This document shows, piece by piece, positions 62,301 through 64,000 of a stretch of 64,000 nt of DNA. A model generated the notes under the pieces. It ran no database searches, was not told where the DNA came from, and worked only from the letters and a program-made list of their open reading frames with translations. The stretch's first letter is position 1. Every line of letters starts with the position of its first letter. A program made the position numbers and the translations under genes. This stretch comes from an uncultured bacterium (GTDB lineage: Bacteria > Zixibacteria > MSB-5A5 > JAABVY01 > JAHJOQ01), in assembly GCA_965369655.1 (NCBI GenBank), contig CBDUQR010000001.1, forward strand, positions 128,001 through 192,000, written 5' to 3'.

Positions 62301-64000
62301 CTATTTCATTAGCACCATCTTTCTGGCGTCAGTGTAGTCGCCCGCCGATATCCTGTAGAAGTAGATGCCGGATGATACCGACTCGCCGCCATCGGTCGTG
62401 CCGTACCATGTGACACTGTGGTCTCCTGCCTGCAATACATCATCGATCAGTGTAGAAACACTCTGACCCATGATATTGTAGACCGTGAGAGTCGTTCGAG
62501 AGGTTTTCGGCAGACTAAAGCTGATCTCTGTCATTGGGTTGAATGGGTTAGGATAGTTCTGATTCAGCGTGAAGCTCGTCGGAATCATACCATCAGTAGT
62601 CTGCCTGTCGAACCGTGTTTCGAGCCTTCCTCCGCCCCTCGCGACGGCGATCGAATTGACAAGTTCCAACTTGCCGTCACCTTCGTATGAAATACTAACG
62701 ATGTCGATTCCACCTGCGGGGATCATATTCTGACCGTAGATGTCGATCAGGCCAACCTTGAACACGCCATTCTTCTCACCGAAGAAGACATCCACACCAT
62801 CGACAAGACTCCTTGCCTCCAGTCCGGAGACATCTCCAAAGATCGTGAATTCGAACTGCACAGCCTGGACCTCTCTGTCGGCATCCAGCGACAGCGTGAA
62901 CGAATCTCCGGCGTCGGTATTGTCAATCACTGCCACTGCGGCGCTGCCGACGATCATTTTGGTGGGGGCGGGACCACCGCTGCAGTTTTCCGGCGGTGGT
63001 CCACCGGCGAAGATGTAGTTGATCAGATAGACAGCATCATCGATATCGACCATGCCGGAGCAGTCAGCATCGCCAGCCTCGTAGGGAACCGGCGCCTGGC
63101 CGCCTGCGAAAATGTATTCTATCGAGAAGACGACATCGTCAATGTCTACATTTCCGCTTCCATCGGCATCGCCATCGACATAGCTTCCCTCGTAGTAGAG
63201 ATTCCAGACCGACTGAGTTATGACCGGAAGCGCACATGAAGAACTCTTACTGACAACTCGCGCCGGAGTTTTGCTGGTGGCTGTGACCGGAACGAGAGCG
63301 GGTGCACTTTCGAACAGGTCAAAACTAACTGGTGCGCCCCAATTGAGATCCCAGTCGATTTGCAAATTGCATAAAATGATCGATTCGCCTGGCAGCAAGA
63401 TACCGGGGTCGGGATTGTTACCGTACAGTTCATGCATGAACAAAATACAGTACCGTTTGAGATGATCCGGAGTCCCATTTGTTACCAAATGAATAGAAGT
63501 ATTGCAACCACCCGCTGACAGCTCATTATACCAAGTGTATGATATAGTTCCATGAGATGGCGTCACCTTTGGCAGCTCAATAGGGATCGTGACCATCCAG
63601 AGATACATGTCATCAGGACCGGTGTTAGTAAGACGAATAGTGTATGTGCTTGATCCAATGTTGTTAAGTACGACTTGAGCAGGCAGTGTGACCTGAAGAT
63701 CGGATTGACTGGATGGCCAAATCGGATTCTTGACTGTCAGTAGCGTGTTTTCGTTCCCATTGCTGAAATAGAGGGCAAACTGAAGCAAATCACCGAAAGT
63801 TGGCTGGCAAGGGAATGATGGGTTTTTATAGCCATCGTACTCCCAACTATAGTTGTTCCACGAGATGAACCCTGGATCACTTAACAAGCCGTTGGTCATG
63901 CACACGAGATCAGCAACAGTCAGCAGTATGTTGTCGTAGTTTGGGTCCCACTTATGACCGGTGTAGCCGGAGGGTGCGGGATCGGGATAAAGATTGGTCA
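62301..64000 (-). CDS. Large secreted modular protein with dockerin, cohesin-like and C-terminal FlgD-Ig/secretion-signal domains (5' end outside window)
   Basis: Two dockerin repeats (GDADGSGNVDIDD, GDADCSGMVDIDD), LNQNYPNPFNP..SSGIYFY..KMVLMK; frame is open to the window edge. Confidence 0.88.
   Translation of the reverse strand, partial: TNLYPDPAPSGYTGHKWDPNYDNILLTVADLVCMTNGLLSDPGFISWNNYSWEYDGYKNPSFPCQPTFGDLLQFALYFSNGNENTLLTVKNPIWPSSQSDLQVTLPAQVVLNNIGSSTYTIRLTNTGPDDMYLWMVTIPIELPKVTPSHGTISYTWYNELSAGGCNTSIHLVTNGTPDHLKRYCILFMHELYGNNPDPGILLPGESIILCNLQIDWDLNWGAPVSFDLFESAPALVPVTATSKTPARVVSKSSSCALPVITQSVWNLYYEGSYVDGDADGSGNVDIDDVVFSIEYIFAGGQAPVPYEAGDADCSGMVDIDDAVYLINYIFAGGPPPENCSGGPAPTKMIVGSAAVAVIDNTDAGDSFTLSLDADREVQAVQFEFTIFGDVSGLEARSLVDGVDVFFGEKNGVFKVGLIDIYGQNMIPAGGIDIVSISYEGDGKLELVNSIAVARGGGRLETRFDRQTTDGMIPTSFTLNQNYPNPFNPMTEISFSLPKTSRTTLTVYNIMGQSVSTLIDDVLQAGDHSVTWYGTTDGGESVSSGIYFYRISAGDYTDARKMVLMK

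Overview
A mostly coding-dense 64 kb bacterial chromosome segment. Secreted proteins carrying dockerin repeats and a C-terminal 'LNQNYPNPFNP...KMVLMK' sorting domain suggest an FCB-related lineage such as candidate Zixibacteria (inference). Housekeeping blocks: folB-folK-dNK-panB-panC-panD with a GlmU-type transferase; an NtrY/NtrX-like two-component pair; DUF4159-DUF4175-TPR; rSAM-cdaA-obgE-dprA-ptsH-ptsI-pgi/pmi; groES-groEL with a perfect CIRCE; gnnA-like-lpxB; gatC-kdsB-pyrG-kdsA-kdsC-kdsD; ruvX-mltG; an ECF sigma/anti-sigma/Spy cluster; and a MacA/MacB/TolC-like exporter. Accessory DNA: an AT-rich DUF262/HNH defence-type gene bracketed by 52-bp inverted repeats inside a palindrome-rich island, tandem dockerin paralogues, and an IS4 remnant. 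Best observations missed or mis-drawn by the ORF track: (1) a complete transcription unit (promoter, structured leader, strong RBS, terminator) for a 24-aa peptide MTYDLLIEELEEKVAPAGISLGGQ that converges on a Ser/Thr kinase-TPR gene; (2) a probable ~390-aa exported thioredoxin-TPR selenoprotein (UEYC motif, SECIS-like hairpin) that the ORF caller split; (3) an intact class I aminotransferase homologue lacking the PLP lysine; (4) a NYN nuclease whose catalytic N-terminus needs an ATC start; (5) a 42-aa membrane peptide between ruvX and mltG. All family assignments come from motif recognition by eye; no searches were run.
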